Positions 47,662-58,398 of a stretch of 64,000 nt of DNA are shown piece by piece. The stretch is from Oopsacas minuta. Taxonomy: Eukaryota > Animalia > Porifera. The translations under genes were made by a program, and so were the position numbers. The number at the start of each line of letters is the position of its first letter. Position 1 is the stretch's first letter. Below the pieces are notes generated by a model, which saw nothing but the letters and a program-made list of their open reading frames with translations, did no database searches and had not been told where the DNA came from. Location: positions 913,557 through 977,556 of the forward strand of contig JAKMXF010000011.1 in assembly GCA_024704765.1 (NCBI GenBank), in the 5' to 3' direction.

Positions 47662-48771
47662 TTGTTGTATAGCATTTATATGGCAGAGAATGACATACAA
47701 CGCACAGTACTTAAAGAGTACACAGATAATCCAGAATATTATACCAGAAAAATGACAAAGTTAATATCTCTAATGAAGGAATCTAAGTTCATTACAATAT
47801 ACACAGGAGCTGGTATAAGCACAGCAGCTAGCATACCTGATATCAGGGGAGAACACGGGTTGGAGACTAAACAGACCCCTCTGGTAGTGCTAGGACTCAA
47901 GGAACAAGATCTAGACTGTATTTACCCTACATACACTCACTGTGCTATAACAGAGCTGGTTGATAGAGGGGTAGTTAAGTTTGTAGCTACTTCTAATCAT
48001 GATGGTTTACATCAGAAGAGTGGATTGAGTGATGAATATATTGCTGATGTGTTTGGGAATGTTTTTGTTGAGAAATGTTTGAAATGTAAAATGCTTTGGA
48101 AACGTTCTGTTGTTGTTCCTTCTCTCGGAAGGAAATGTGATGATACCAATTGTAGAGGGAGATTACAGAAAACTGGGACTAGAATGGGAGAAACTACACC
48201 TGAAGAACCTCTGAATCGCGCTTGGGAAATCGCGAAAAAGTCTGATTTAGCTATTGTGATAGGCTCCTCTCTAACTGTGTCTCCTTTCTGTCAGTTACCA
48301 TTTCTAGCTAAACAGACAGTAATACTTAATCTACAAGACACTTCGTATGATAATAATTCTGTACTTAACATACACTGTTATTGTGACACAGCTATGAGAG
48401 ATATCTGTAAGGCTTATTCTATAGAGATTAGTCAGTTCAAAATGATTAGGAAATTCTGTCTGTATACAGACGTGACTAATGACAGATATAGTATACTAGT
48501 GACAGGAGATGCTAGTAATGAGCCGAGTGGAGTTGTGTCTGCAGTTGAAATAGAGTATGAAACAGCTGGTGGTAAGATATTGAAGGAAATGGATTCTAAT
48601 CTAAAGGGAGATTTTGTTATGGAGCTTGATAATATTGCTTGTGGTATGTCTATTGTTTTTGTGTTTGTATTTAGAGAACATTTTGATTCTAAGCCTTTGA
48701 AAGAATCAGTTATTCTTCAGGAAGGTAATGTTAGGAGAGAGTTTGAGTTTGTTAAGAATATTATTTATTAA
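47662..48771 (+). CDS. Class IV sirtuin-like protein (SIRT6/7 group) with a degenerate active site and C-terminal extension
   Basis: 'YTGAGISTAASIPDIRG', 'PTYTH', 'DGLH.KSGL', Zn-binding 'CLKC…CDDTNC', 'IGSSL', 'ILNLQ.T..D'. Confidence 0.85.
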   Translation: MLYSIYMAENDIQRTVLKEYTDNPEYYTRKMTKLISLMKESKFITIYTGAGISTAASIPDIRGEHGLETKQTPLVVLGLKEQDLDCIYPTYTHCAITELVDRGVVKFVATSNHDGLHQKSGLSDEYIADVFGNVFVEKCLKCKMLWKRSVVVPSLGRKCDDTNCRGRLQKTGTRMGETTPEEPLNRAWEIAKKSDLAIVIGSSLTVSPFCQLPFLAKQTVILNLQDTSYDNNSVLNIHCYCDTAMRDICKAYSIEISQFKMIRKFCLYTDVTNDRYSILVTGDASNEPSGVVSAVEIEYETAGGKILKEMDSNLKGDFVMELDNIACGMSIVFVFVFREHFDSKPLKESVILQEGNVRREFEFVKNIIY

Positions 48772-48954
48772 TCTAAGATATATATTTGTATATTTTGTAT
48801 TCTCTCTCAGGTGTTGTAAGAACTAAGTTTTCATTTGCATGTCTCTCAATGTATTTCATCAAGTTTTATTAATGTAGAGCATTGATTACTATGTTGCATT
48901 ACTTAATTTTGTTCCTGTGTTTTCATAAACTACCTTACTCTTAGAAATTAGTAA

Positions 48955-49590
48955 ATGGATCCATTGTTACAGAAATACGCTAAAACTGTTCATGAAAGCT
49001 TAGAAGATGTACCAAATGAGTTACAAGAACTAATTTCCCGTATTCGGGAGTATGACGTACAAATAACTAATATATTGACTGAAATAGAGGGTGAGGATAT
49101 GAGTGGAGATAGAGCTCTCCTTTTGAATCAGGCTTATAAATATAAATCCGATTTTATGAGTGACGTAGTCAAATTGCTTGATGATAAGTTGTATAATCTT
49201 GATAGCTGTTACACAGAGGTTAAGACTGCTCCTAAACTTGTAGTTCATCATAAGGCACCGGGTGAGATTATTAACTCTGTCCCACGGGGAGATTTGCCTA
49301 TAAACAAACCTGTATCTAAACACAGGAGGAAACAACCTCACAATGAGATTGTCAGAATACCTACACACAGACGAGTTAGTTCTCCCGCTATGCCATCTCC
49401 CTCTAAAGAATATCCTAATACAAATAGAGATAGCATCTGTATATGTAAAGGCAAACAATCTGATCATACTATTATATGTCATAATGATCAATGTAAAGTA
49501 GGTACTTACCATATGGCATGTGTGGGGGTTAAGAGCAGAACTGAGGGGGTGTGGTTCTGTAATTGGTGCATTCATAAAATTGATTTATAA
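48955..49590 (+). CDS. Inhibitor of growth (ING)-like protein with PHD finger
   Basis: N-terminal ING helical domain 'ESLEDVPNELQELISRIREYD'; C-terminal C4HC3 'CIC…ICHNDQC…YHMACVG…WFC..C'. Confidence 0.8.
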   Translation: MDPLLQKYAKTVHESLEDVPNELQELISRIREYDVQITNILTEIEGEDMSGDRALLLNQAYKYKSDFMSDVVKLLDDKLYNLDSCYTEVKTAPKLVVHHKAPGEIINSVPRGDLPINKPVSKHRRKQPHNEIVRIPTHRRVSSPAMPSPSKEYPNTNRDSICICKGKQSDHTIICHNDQCKVGTYHMACVGVKSRTEGVWFCNWCIHKIDL

Positions 49591-49718
49591 TATCTGTATC
49601 GCAATATGTTCTAAGATAGTTTATAGTTTCCATTTAATTACTAAACAATATAGAATCTATTCCCTCAGTAGTCTAATTTTTGTTATAACATATATAGAAT
49701 AGGAGAGTGCTAATAGTA

Positions 49719-51272
49719 ATGTTTCTCCAATATTATATTGTTGTTTATATGCTCTGCATATTCTCAACCTTTGTAACATCTAAAGACACTACACTAACAT
49801 ACATATATCAACAAACTTATTATCTATCTTGTGAGAGTGCTAACTCTGATTCCACATCTGTTTGGATGAAAGATAACTCTGTTCTGGAAATCATTAATGA
49901 TCCTAATCTGAGTATTACTGATACTGGTACTCTAGTATTTGATAGGTTTCAGTTCCCAGATACAGGAACTTATAACTGCCAGGATTCTGATACAACTTAT
50001 ATTCTTACAATTCAGTGTCCTGCTAACTCAGATCCTAATGTCCTATCAAATCAGTGTATTTGTTCTATTGGAGCTACTAGTGTTATCGATAGTGATAGTT
50101 TTAAATGTAATCTATGTCCTTACGGTGCTTACAAGTCACAACCTGGTAACCACCAATGTTTCTCATGTCCCACATCCTTAGTAACAGAGAGGGAGGGTTC
50201 CATCTCTGAGACCAGCTGTGTTTGTCCACCAGGTCATGGTATCAGTAGTTCCATGTGTGTGCCTTGTCTCGCTGATTCCTATCAGGATAAATACGAAGAA
50301 GTTCCGTGTATAGATTGTCCTGAGTATTCTGCTACTCCTCAATCTCTAGGAGAATCTGATGCCGAAGCTTTCACTAGCAGGGGTGATTGTGTGTGTTTGT
50401 ATTCTCCTTATAATGCTGGTAATAATACTTGCTGGCCATTCTTTACAACCCCTACCGTAACCTTGGTAGAGACTGATACTACAGCTGTTACAATCAGCTG
50501 GAATACAGAATCATATACTCGAGCTGATGACGGTGCTTACAGAGGTATAATAGCAGGATACCATTTAGAAGTTTTAGAGGATAATGAACTAATGTATAAC
50601 GTATTTACTCACAAATATACACCCATTGACTACACGCCTGGAGAAGAATACATTCTAGTAATTAATAGTCTGAGTCCTGATACAACCTATATTATTGCTG
50701 TTAATGCCTACACCAAGAGCACTGAGTTTGTAGACGGACCTCCTGGTTACCTTTCTATCACTACTGATTCTCTACCTCTAACTACCACGACCCCTCCAGT
50801 AACTACTACTACTAAATCTCCTGGAATAATTGGGCCTACAGCTACTACAGAACCTACTACTACTACTACAGCTACAACTATATCTCACACTACTAACACA
50901 CATACGGATACTACTCCTGAAACTACAGTAACTACTCCTAAACCTGCAGAAACGCCTATACTCCCTACAGCTACATATACCATTACTAAAGTACAACATA
51001 CTATGATACAAGCTACCCCTAAAGTTATAGTTAGATCAGACAGTACAGCTAGCTCCTTCCTAGCTGTTGTAGTTGTTCTATTAGCTCTGTTTATTGTAGT
51101 ACTGGTAGTCCTCGTAGTAATCCGCTATTGGTACGGACGCAATAGGCGTTCCAGGAAACTGAGATACGCTAAGACTTCTGGTACGATGAAGCGTGTAGGA
51201 CCTCAGCCTCGCTTTCCCGTCTACAGCAATGCTGTGTATCAAAATGGTGATACTAGTGATACTCTCATTTGA
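49719..51272 (+). CDS. Single-pass receptor-like protein: Ig - Cys-rich Eph-like (GCC2/GCC3) repeats - FN3 - mucin stalk - TM - short tail
   Basis: Ig 'C…W.KD…DTGTYNC', 'CP.G.YKSQPGN..C..CP', FN3 'W…Y…L.P.T.Y.I.V.A', Thr/Pro-rich stalk, TM, tail ending DTLI. Start coordinate is approximate. Confidence 0.8.
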   Translation: MFLQYYIVVYMLCIFSTFVTSKDTTLTYIYQQTYYLSCESANSDSTSVWMKDNSVLEIINDPNLSITDTGTLVFDRFQFPDTGTYNCQDSDTTYILTIQCPANSDPNVLSNQCICSIGATSVIDSDSFKCNLCPYGAYKSQPGNHQCFSCPTSLVTEREGSISETSCVCPPGHGISSSMCVPCLADSYQDKYEEVPCIDCPEYSATPQSLGESDAEAFTSRGDCVCLYSPYNAGNNTCWPFFTTPTVTLVETDTTAVTISWNTESYTRADDGAYRGIIAGYHLEVLEDNELMYNVFTHKYTPIDYTPGEEYILVINSLSPDTTYIIAVNAYTKSTEFVDGPPGYLSITTDSLPLTTTTPPVTTTTKSPGIIGPTATTEPTTTTTATTISHTTNTHTDTTPETTVTTPKPAETPILPTATYTITKVQHTMIQATPKVIVRSDSTASSFLAVVVVLLALFIVVLVVLVVIRYWYGRNRRSRKLRYAKTSGTMKRVGPQPRFPVYSNAVYQNGDTSDTLI

Positions 51273-51478
51273 CCCGATCTCTTATTCAATAGTTTTCCTA
51301 CCCAAACTTTGTAGACTTTTCTACTAAATTTATTATTACTTTCCATTCTTTGTTATGCAATTGAATTAGGTTACTATAGCTAATTATTGACTATGTTAAT
51401 TGTGGTAAATTTATTTGCATAATATCAACCAAATTTATACTTTATATTGTAATAGAATCTGCTGGATAGATATTCGCT

Positions 51479-52345
51479 ATGTCTATAGATATTCTCAGTC
51501 AAGAACGATTTGTTCTTAGAGAAAAACAATCTAGATCTACATTACAGAACGTTAAAATTGAGACTATTGCAGAAGATTGCAGTCTTGTGAATATGGTTAA
51601 TAACTTTCCAATGGAAAATGGCTACTCTACCATCAAAATAGAAAATGAAGATAGTGCCTTCTCCAATTTGGCCGGAAAATGCTCTTCATTCAATGATTCG
51701 TTTTCTTTGAAAATCGATTCTTTCTCGTCTCATTTTATGGACGATTCTAGACCTGAAAATTCTACTTTTAAATCTGAAAGCTCACAAATAGTATGTGAAA
51801 ACCCAATCAGACATTTACCTTATTCTCAGTATTTAAACAATTTCACTCAAGTGATTAATATAAAACACTTAGATCATTTTGACATTTGTCTTAAAGGCAT
51901 ACACAGTACAGAGTTTGAATTAAATTCTAATTTATCTAAATATAATGATATTTCTAATGCAAATACATCGAGAATTGTCCCAACTTTCCAACGTTTCAAA
52001 GACTTAGAGATCTCACAACTAAAAGTAGATAAATTCGCTGCACAAGTAACTGATACAACAACTAAAGTCGCTAAGAAGGATAAATTGTTAGTCAAAAAAT
52101 CTAAAATAATTCAACAAAAAATTAAATTACAGAAGAAGCAGAAAAGACAGTTTATCTGCGAAACTTGTTCCGCGAAGTATTTTTACGAGCTACCTTTCAT
52201 CAATCATATTTCTAAACACATACCTACTTATGAATGTAAACATTGCAAACATTCCTATCCCACACAACGGTCTCTATCGTCACATATGCGAGTACACAAT
52301 ACAACGCACTATTCTAAACGCCCAACTTTAAAACGGATGAAATAA
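51479..52345 (+). CDS. C2H2 zinc-finger protein (two fingers)
   Basis: 'CETC…F..H…H' and 'YECKHCKHSYPTQRSLSSHMRVH'. Confidence 0.85.
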   Translation: MSIDILSQERFVLREKQSRSTLQNVKIETIAEDCSLVNMVNNFPMENGYSTIKIENEDSAFSNLAGKCSSFNDSFSLKIDSFSSHFMDDSRPENSTFKSESSQIVCENPIRHLPYSQYLNNFTQVINIKHLDHFDICLKGIHSTEFELNSNLSKYNDISNANTSRIVPTFQRFKDLEISQLKVDKFAAQVTDTTTKVAKKDKLLVKKSKIIQQKIKLQKKQKRQFICETCSAKYFYELPFINHISKHIPTYECKHCKHSYPTQRSLSSHMRVHNTTHYSKRPTLKRMK

Positions 52346-52570
52346 CCCCAAAGCCTCACTTCTGAATCAGAATTGTACTTTATTATTTCTGTAAATTTGA
52401 TATCTCAGCCCTTAATCCACTTTAATTAATATATATTGCTATTTTAAATTTATTATTAATGTAATTAATCCCATAACAACTTCATTGTTAGTCTTCCTAC
52501 ACATCTACTTAAGTACTCTACTGCTAATGGATGAATAACTGGGTAACTCTAATTCCAATACTTTAAGAGT

Positions 52571-55500
52571 ATGGCAGCAAGAGAATATACAACTAACTCT
52601 ACCAACACTACAACAAGCAAATCTGAAGATTCACGGGGTGAAGTTGAGATTAGAATTCTAATCTGGTATAAGGTTAACCAATGGCTTGTTGTTCTATTCT
52701 ATTTGCTCGGTTTTCTAAGTCTAGGAATCCTCCTGCTGTTCTCGTACTGGTTTCCTAGAATTAAAAGTTATTTTATCGGACATCGTTGTTTTGTGAAGGA
52801 CGCTACCCATGTTCTTATCCGTGACGTAGACAATGATTGGAATATAGTTAAAATTTGCTCTGTCGATCTTGAGAACAGTGATTCACTGGTTATAAATAAT
52901 TCCCAGGAAGAACATGAACACGCTAGACTCGTAGTAGAACAAACCTATCAATTCCGATATTTCATATTCCGTCAGTCTAGGTATATAGTGGATGAATTAG
53001 AAGGAGAGGCTCGTAAACAAACAGCTTACGACGTAGGCTATACATGTGAACAAATATATGAATTAGCTGGGCAAGACACTAGCCAGTATTCAAAAGATAG
53101 AGCTAAAGTATACGGCCCTAATCTGATTGATGTGCCTGTTAAATCGTATCTCCAGTTATTTGTAGAAGAGATACTCAATCCTTTCTACATATTCCAAGTA
53201 TTCAGCATTATCATATGGGTCTTAGTTAATTACTACTATTACGCGGGAGCTGTGTTCTTAATCTCAAGCATTTCTATAGTACTCAGTCTATATCAGACGC
53301 GTAAGAATATGATACAGCTTAAGAACATGATTGCATTCTCCTGTAAAGTAACTGTACACCGTGGTAAATCTGTATACCATAATACACCCAGTAATGCCTT
53401 GTATCCTGGTGACGTCATCGAGATACCTCGTACTGGTCTTAGGGTTCCGTGTGATTGCGTGTTAATATCCGGTAATGCTATAGTGAATGAGAGTATGTTA
53501 ACGGGAGAGAGTGTCCCTGTGTTTAAGACCCCTCTCTTACATGAAGCAGAGCTATACTCTGTAACAGCTAACAAACGTCAAAATCTATTCAATGGTACTG
53601 ATGTAATACAAACTAGAAATCTACCAAACTCTAAAGTACTAGCTTTTGTAATAAGAACAGGCTATAGTACTTCTAAGGGAGAACTAGTTCGATCTATTTT
53701 ATACCCGAAGCCAACTAGACTACGATTCTACAAACAATCTTTAAAATTCCTAATATTCCTGATCCTATTGGGGGTAATAGGAATGTTGTATACACTAGTA
53801 TACCAGGCTATTAGAGGGCAGGAACCCTTTGAAATATTCCTATTAATGTCAGACCTATTCACCACTGCTGTACCTCCATCTCTACCAGCTGCTATGACTG
53901 TTGGGATGATATATGCTCTGGCTCGGCTTAAGAAACATAGAATATATTGTATTAGTCCTCAGAGGATTAATGTGTGTGGTAAGATTAAGTGTGTGTGTTT
54001 CGATAAGACAGGTACTCTTACAGAGGATGGGTTAGATTTCTGGGGTGTGGTACCGGTAGGTAAGACCTTTGAACAGCCAGTACATAATCCCCGTAAGCTA
54101 GGTATTACACCGTTAATCACTGCTATGTCAAGTTGTCATTCATTGACACTGATAAATAACCAGTTGGTCGGTGACTCTGTTGATATTAATATGTTTAAAG
54201 CTACAGGATGGGAGCTAGAAGAACCGCAAGATGAGACTAATAGGTTTGATTTATTGGTACCTGTTCTAGTTAGAGCTCCTTATACAGACTGTAGTTATGA
54301 AGCTGGTATATTACATCAATATCCATTCTCTTCAGAACTACAGAGAATGAGTGTTGTAGTGAAATGCCTGAGAGATGAACAACCTGAAAACCTTATGTTA
54401 TACTCTAAAGGTTCTCCTGAAATGATAGCTAGCTTATCTACACCAGATTCTATACCTAAAGATTTTAATGAAGTTCTAGCTCTATACACTAATATGGGGT
54501 TACGTGTACTAGCAATTGGCTGTAAGGAGCTGACTATTCCCTGGCATAAAGTCAGTAGAATTCCTAGAAATGACATGGAGACAGATCTCAAGTTCTTAGG
54601 CTTATTCCTCATGCAAAATAAGCTTAAACCTATTACTACCAGTGTAATACGTGAGCTGAATACAGCTGATATACGAGTCGTCATGATAACAGGTGATAAC
54701 ATGTTGACAGCTGTCAATGTAGCTCTAGAGTGTGAAGTGATACAACCACGGTCAGAAGTGTTCATAATCTCACTGAATGATACCTCCCTTAACCAAGGTA
54801 TAGACAGTGATATCATATTTACTCCACATAATCCTGAGCTACAGCAAGCTCCTATGCTAGAAGGAAATCCTCTAACACAGCTACCTAGCACTAACTACTG
54901 TCTGGCTATTAGCGGTACTACATTTGAGCTAATACATAGACATGCCAGTAGATACTTACTAATAGCTATACTGTTGAAGTGTGTAGTGTTTGCTAGAATG
55001 TCTCCTAAGCTTAAATCCATTATTGTAGAAGAATTACAGAAATTAGGATATGTTGTAGCGATGTGTGGAGATGGTGCGAATGATTGCGGGGCGTTAAAAA
55101 CTGCAGATGTTGGAGTAAGTCTGTCAGATTCTGAGGCTTCGGTAGCTTCACACTTCACTTCTAAGATACAAGATGTTAGCTGTATCCCTGTTGTTATTAA
55201 GGAAGGTAGAACTGCACTAGTAACAGCATTCAGTATATTCAAATTTATGGCTTTATACTGTGTCATAGAGTTTACATCTGTAGTTATAATGTACTGGTGG
55301 TTATCAAATTTAGGAGACTGGCAATACCTCTACATCGATCTTATTCAGGTATTCGCACTAGCTCTCGTTATGGGTTACACTAAACCTTATTCACGTCTAG
55401 CTTACAGACGACCATCTGCTAATCTTGTTAACTCAATTAACCTAATATCCTGTGGTGTACATATTCTTCTGGCTATTGGATTCCAGATATCTAGCTATAT

Positions 55501-56023
55501 TCTTTTGAGAACTACTAAATGGTATGTACCAGCTAATCTCGTAGTGCTAGTGAATCCCTTTGCTGAACCTGACACAGCTAACTTCGAGAATTCTGTCGTA
55601 TTCCCATTCTCTACTTTTCAGTACTTAATCATTGCATTTGTATTTTCAGTAGGTCCCCCTTATCGTAAGCCTTTCTACACGAATTTATATTTTGTCATCT
55701 GCTTCATATTCCTAACTCTAATATCCCTGGTGTTCGCCTTCCTTCCTGGACATGACCTGAATATCCTACACCAGATATACACGTTCATACAGATAAAGTA
55801 CATATACTCATGGACGTTCAAATTAGGCGTGATTCTATTCGCAGGGGTGCATCTATGTGTATCTCTCATTGTAGAGGATTTTATTATTCAGACTGAATGG
55901 TTCCGTGTTTTCGTTCATTTCTTTCTTTGCAAAAGACGACAGAAGAACTTGTACAAACGTCTGCTGGTAGACTTGAAGAAAGGAACTGATGTGTTCAGAG
56001 ATGCGGTACTAAATATAGGATAA
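52571..56023 (+). CDS. ATP13A-like: P5B-type ATPase (ATP13A2/3-like polyamine transporter), intronless
   Basis: 'LNPFYIFQ', 'LTGES', P5B 'VPPSLPAA', 'CFDKTGTLT', 'MITGDN', 'MCGDGANDCGAL'. Confidence 0.95.
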   Translation: MAAREYTTNSTNTTTSKSEDSRGEVEIRILIWYKVNQWLVVLFYLLGFLSLGILLLFSYWFPRIKSYFIGHRCFVKDATHVLIRDVDNDWNIVKICSVDLENSDSLVINNSQEEHEHARLVVEQTYQFRYFIFRQSRYIVDELEGEARKQTAYDVGYTCEQIYELAGQDTSQYSKDRAKVYGPNLIDVPVKSYLQLFVEEILNPFYIFQVFSIIIWVLVNYYYYAGAVFLISSISIVLSLYQTRKNMIQLKNMIAFSCKVTVHRGKSVYHNTPSNALYPGDVIEIPRTGLRVPCDCVLISGNAIVNESMLTGESVPVFKTPLLHEAELYSVTANKRQNLFNGTDVIQTRNLPNSKVLAFVIRTGYSTSKGELVRSILYPKPTRLRFYKQSLKFLIFLILLGVIGMLYTLVYQAIRGQEPFEIFLLMSDLFTTAVPPSLPAAMTVGMIYALARLKKHRIYCISPQRINVCGKIKCVCFDKTGTLTEDGLDFWGVVPVGKTFEQPVHNPRKLGITPLITAMSSCHSLTLINNQLVGDSVDINMFKATGWELEEPQDETNRFDLLVPVLVRAPYTDCSYEAGILHQYPFSSELQRMSVVVKCLRDEQPENLMLYSKGSPEMIASLSTPDSIPKDFNEVLALYTNMGLRVLAIGCKELTIPWHKVSRIPRNDMETDLKFLGLFLMQNKLKPITTSVIRELNTADIRVVMITGDNMLTAVNVALECEVIQPRSEVFIISLNDTSLNQGIDSDIIFTPHNPELQQAPMLEGNPLTQLPSTNYCLAISGTTFELIHRHASRYLLIAILLKCVVFARMSPKLKSIIVEELQKLGYVVAMCGDGANDCGALKTADVGVSLSDSEASVASHFTSKIQDVSCIPVVIKEGRTALVTAFSIFKFMALYCVIEFTSVVIMYWWLSNLGDWQYLYIDLIQVFALALVMGYTKPYSRLAYRRPSANLVNSINLISCGVHILLAIGFQISSYILLRTTKWYVPANLVVLVNPFAEPDTANFENSVVFPFSTFQYLIIAFVFSVGPPYRKPFYTNLYFVICFIFLTLISLVFAFLPGHDLNILHQIYTFIQIKYIYSWTFKLGVILFAGVHLCVSLIVEDFIIQTEWFRVFVHFFLCKRRQKNLYKRLLVDLKKGTDVFRDAVLNIG

Positions 56024-56027
56024 TAGA

Positions 56028-56864
56028 GTGTGTAAACTTCTGCTAGCTATAATGTTATTATTTTGCTATATAACTTGTGTATTTTGCTTTATATTTAGAA
56101 AAGTCTTTATCTGGTTTATTAATAGAATAATGCTACACACAGTTACACAAGGTAGAGAGGTTGTAATAGATCCTCTTACTGGGAATTCTTATTACCAGTC
56201 TTCCCACTCATCTACAACACTAAAGTCTAATAAATCCTTATTTGATATCACTCCTATTCAAGAGAGGTCCCTTACAGAGGCTGGTACTACTCGATTAACA
56301 TTAGATAATACTGCTTGTAGCAGAGAACGTAACTCTTCTGTCGTTTTAGAAACAAATAGTTTCCATTCACAACCTCTAATCACTAATTCTAAATGTTGCA
56401 AGTTCTGGTCACAAGAGTGTTTTGCGTTTTCTAAATCAGACATAAAATCAGCTGTTTTTATTAATCAAATAGATAAGAAGTTTCTTTGTTGTATACTGTC
56501 AGTTAATAATAAAGATATATTAGTGTTGTTTGATCAACACGCTGTACACGAGAGAATACGATTAGAGAGTTTGCTATCAGAGGTTAAGACCAATAACCAA
56601 TATTCTATTCCCAATTCTCAGCTCCTAGCACTGCAATCTAAGGCTTGTCATGGAGCAATAAAGTTTGGTGATAAGCTAGATAGAAATTGTTCTATAAAGC
56701 TATTGGATTCACTAACTAAATGCAATTTACCTTTCCAATGTGCTCACGGCCGACCTTCTATTGCTCCTCTTCTTAATATTTCAAACTCTAAACGAGAAGC
56801 AAATCCATACAGATTCGAATGCAATAAATTGAGAAAATTACATGACTTTGAAAGAAATCATTAA
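56028..56864 (+). CDS. MLH3-like: MLH3-type MutL C-terminal endonuclease domain only
   Basis: 'INQIDKKF', 'DQHAVHERIRLE', 'ACHGAIKFGD', 'LPFQCAHGRPS'; no GHKL ATPase domain. Start uncertain (the track uses a GTG start). Confidence 0.8.
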   Translation: MCKLLLAIMLLFCYITCVFCFIFRKVFIWFINRIMLHTVTQGREVVIDPLTGNSYYQSSHSSTTLKSNKSLFDITPIQERSLTEAGTTRLTLDNTACSRERNSSVVLETNSFHSQPLITNSKCCKFWSQECFAFSKSDIKSAVFINQIDKKFLCCILSVNNKDILVLFDQHAVHERIRLESLLSEVKTNNQYSIPNSQLLALQSKACHGAIKFGDKLDRNCSIKLLDSLTKCNLPFQCAHGRPSIAPLLNISNSKREANPYRFECNKLRKLHDFERNH

Positions 56865-57177
56865 TACAGTGTTGCAGTTTGTGCTTATTTACTTGAGATC
56901 TACATATTACGTCATCCACGTGTCTGTACTATTACCAAACAATCTGTTATTAAAACCATTAATAACTAACGTCTACTCCTCCCACTAATTTAATGTTTTG
57001 ACTCCAAACTCATAAGCACCTGCTACGTAGACTGCATGGCTCATATTATAGCAGGCCATTTATTAGATTATGTCGCTATAAGTCATTAACGTTATACTTT
57101 CTATTTCAGGAAAGCTATACCCTTGTGGCATAATATATATAGAGATTGTGCATATTACAAAATAGTTAAGTAAAAAT

Positions 57178-58398
57178 ATGAGTGCTGTAAATATCCCTAT
57201 TAAACTCGACGGTAAAACTAAGTCCCCTGGAGGTTCAAAGGTCATTCCAAAGGACAATACTCCGTCTCCTGGCTCTGAAAAGAAGTTTTCCACCACGACC
57301 TCTCAGGCTAAATCTAATATTCCCAAATCTTCTGTAACCAAATATCAATCCTATTCAAACAGATCTCAATCTTCACATGGCAGCTTCAATAAGGATAAAG
57401 TGAATGGAGGGAAATCTGAGGATTCCCATAATATAACTAGAACACGTGATTGTAATAGTAAGACAGCTCTTGGTCATAACTCAGGATTGACAGAACGTAA
57501 AGTTTATAGTCACTCTAAAGTACCTGATAGGATAAAACATAAGAGCGTAACAAACAATAATTCCATGGAACAAGATTCCCTGACTTATTCCAGTCCTGAA
57601 CCATCTCCTCCAGCTTCTCCCCCGCTTAATGAGACCAGTGATGATTCTGTTGTCGTATCGGATAACCCTGAGGAACACATGAAGGCCCCGTTTATCATAA
57701 AGAAGGCTGAACCAGACGATAACACTCATGTACATAACCAATACGATTCAGCTTCAGATGCTCGTACACTCACACCTATTTGTTGTCACGCTACTCTCCT
57801 CGCTTCTAAGAAACGCCCCGCTAACAAGAGGCCTGGACATCTAAGGCACATGAAAACCCTCAGTGTAAATCGCATCCAAACACTCAAAGATTATTTGAGC
57901 ATTTATGAAGAACGTCTAGGACGTATTAAGGCGGATCAACCTTTACTTTTGGGAGAAGCAAGGCAGGGATTAGAAGAAGTAATTACAAGAGCTACTCAGC
58001 AATGGAATGGATTGCAAACTGAAATTGATCAGCAATACGAAGAGCTAATTAAAGATACAGAATCTCATAAAGCTAGGATTATTAAGGAGCTTAAGGATTT
58101 GGAATCTTTACAGAGTGAATCTTCTACACTATACGATATTTGTGACCTGGAAGAAGATGATAATAACCTAGGAAAATGGGTATACTCTATCAAGGAGAGA
58201 TATAACCAAACTCTATCTCTCTGCGATAATACAGATGCTACAGACTTCCTACCTTCAATCTCTATTGAGAGAATTGATGAAATTAGAGCAAATTACGAAT
58301 CTCAAATACTTAAGCTTACAAACACAAATCTATTGTTGGGTACTCCTGCTGTAGCTAACTCAGTATCGAAAGATATTCCACGTACGTCAACTTTATGA
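57178..58398 (+). CDS. Uncharacterised protein: Ser/Lys-rich disordered N-terminus and C-terminal coiled coil
   Basis: 406-aa ATG ORF; heptad-rich helical C-terminal third. Confidence 0.6.
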   Translation: MSAVNIPIKLDGKTKSPGGSKVIPKDNTPSPGSEKKFSTTTSQAKSNIPKSSVTKYQSYSNRSQSSHGSFNKDKVNGGKSEDSHNITRTRDCNSKTALGHNSGLTERKVYSHSKVPDRIKHKSVTNNNSMEQDSLTYSSPEPSPPASPPLNETSDDSVVVSDNPEEHMKAPFIIKKAEPDDNTHVHNQYDSASDARTLTPICCHATLLASKKRPANKRPGHLRHMKTLSVNRIQTLKDYLSIYEERLGRIKADQPLLLGEARQGLEEVITRATQQWNGLQTEIDQQYEELIKDTESHKARIIKELKDLESLQSESSTLYDICDLEEDDNNLGKWVYSIKERYNQTLSLCDNTDATDFLPSISIERIDEIRANYESQILKLTNTNLLLGTPAVANSVSKDIPRTSTL

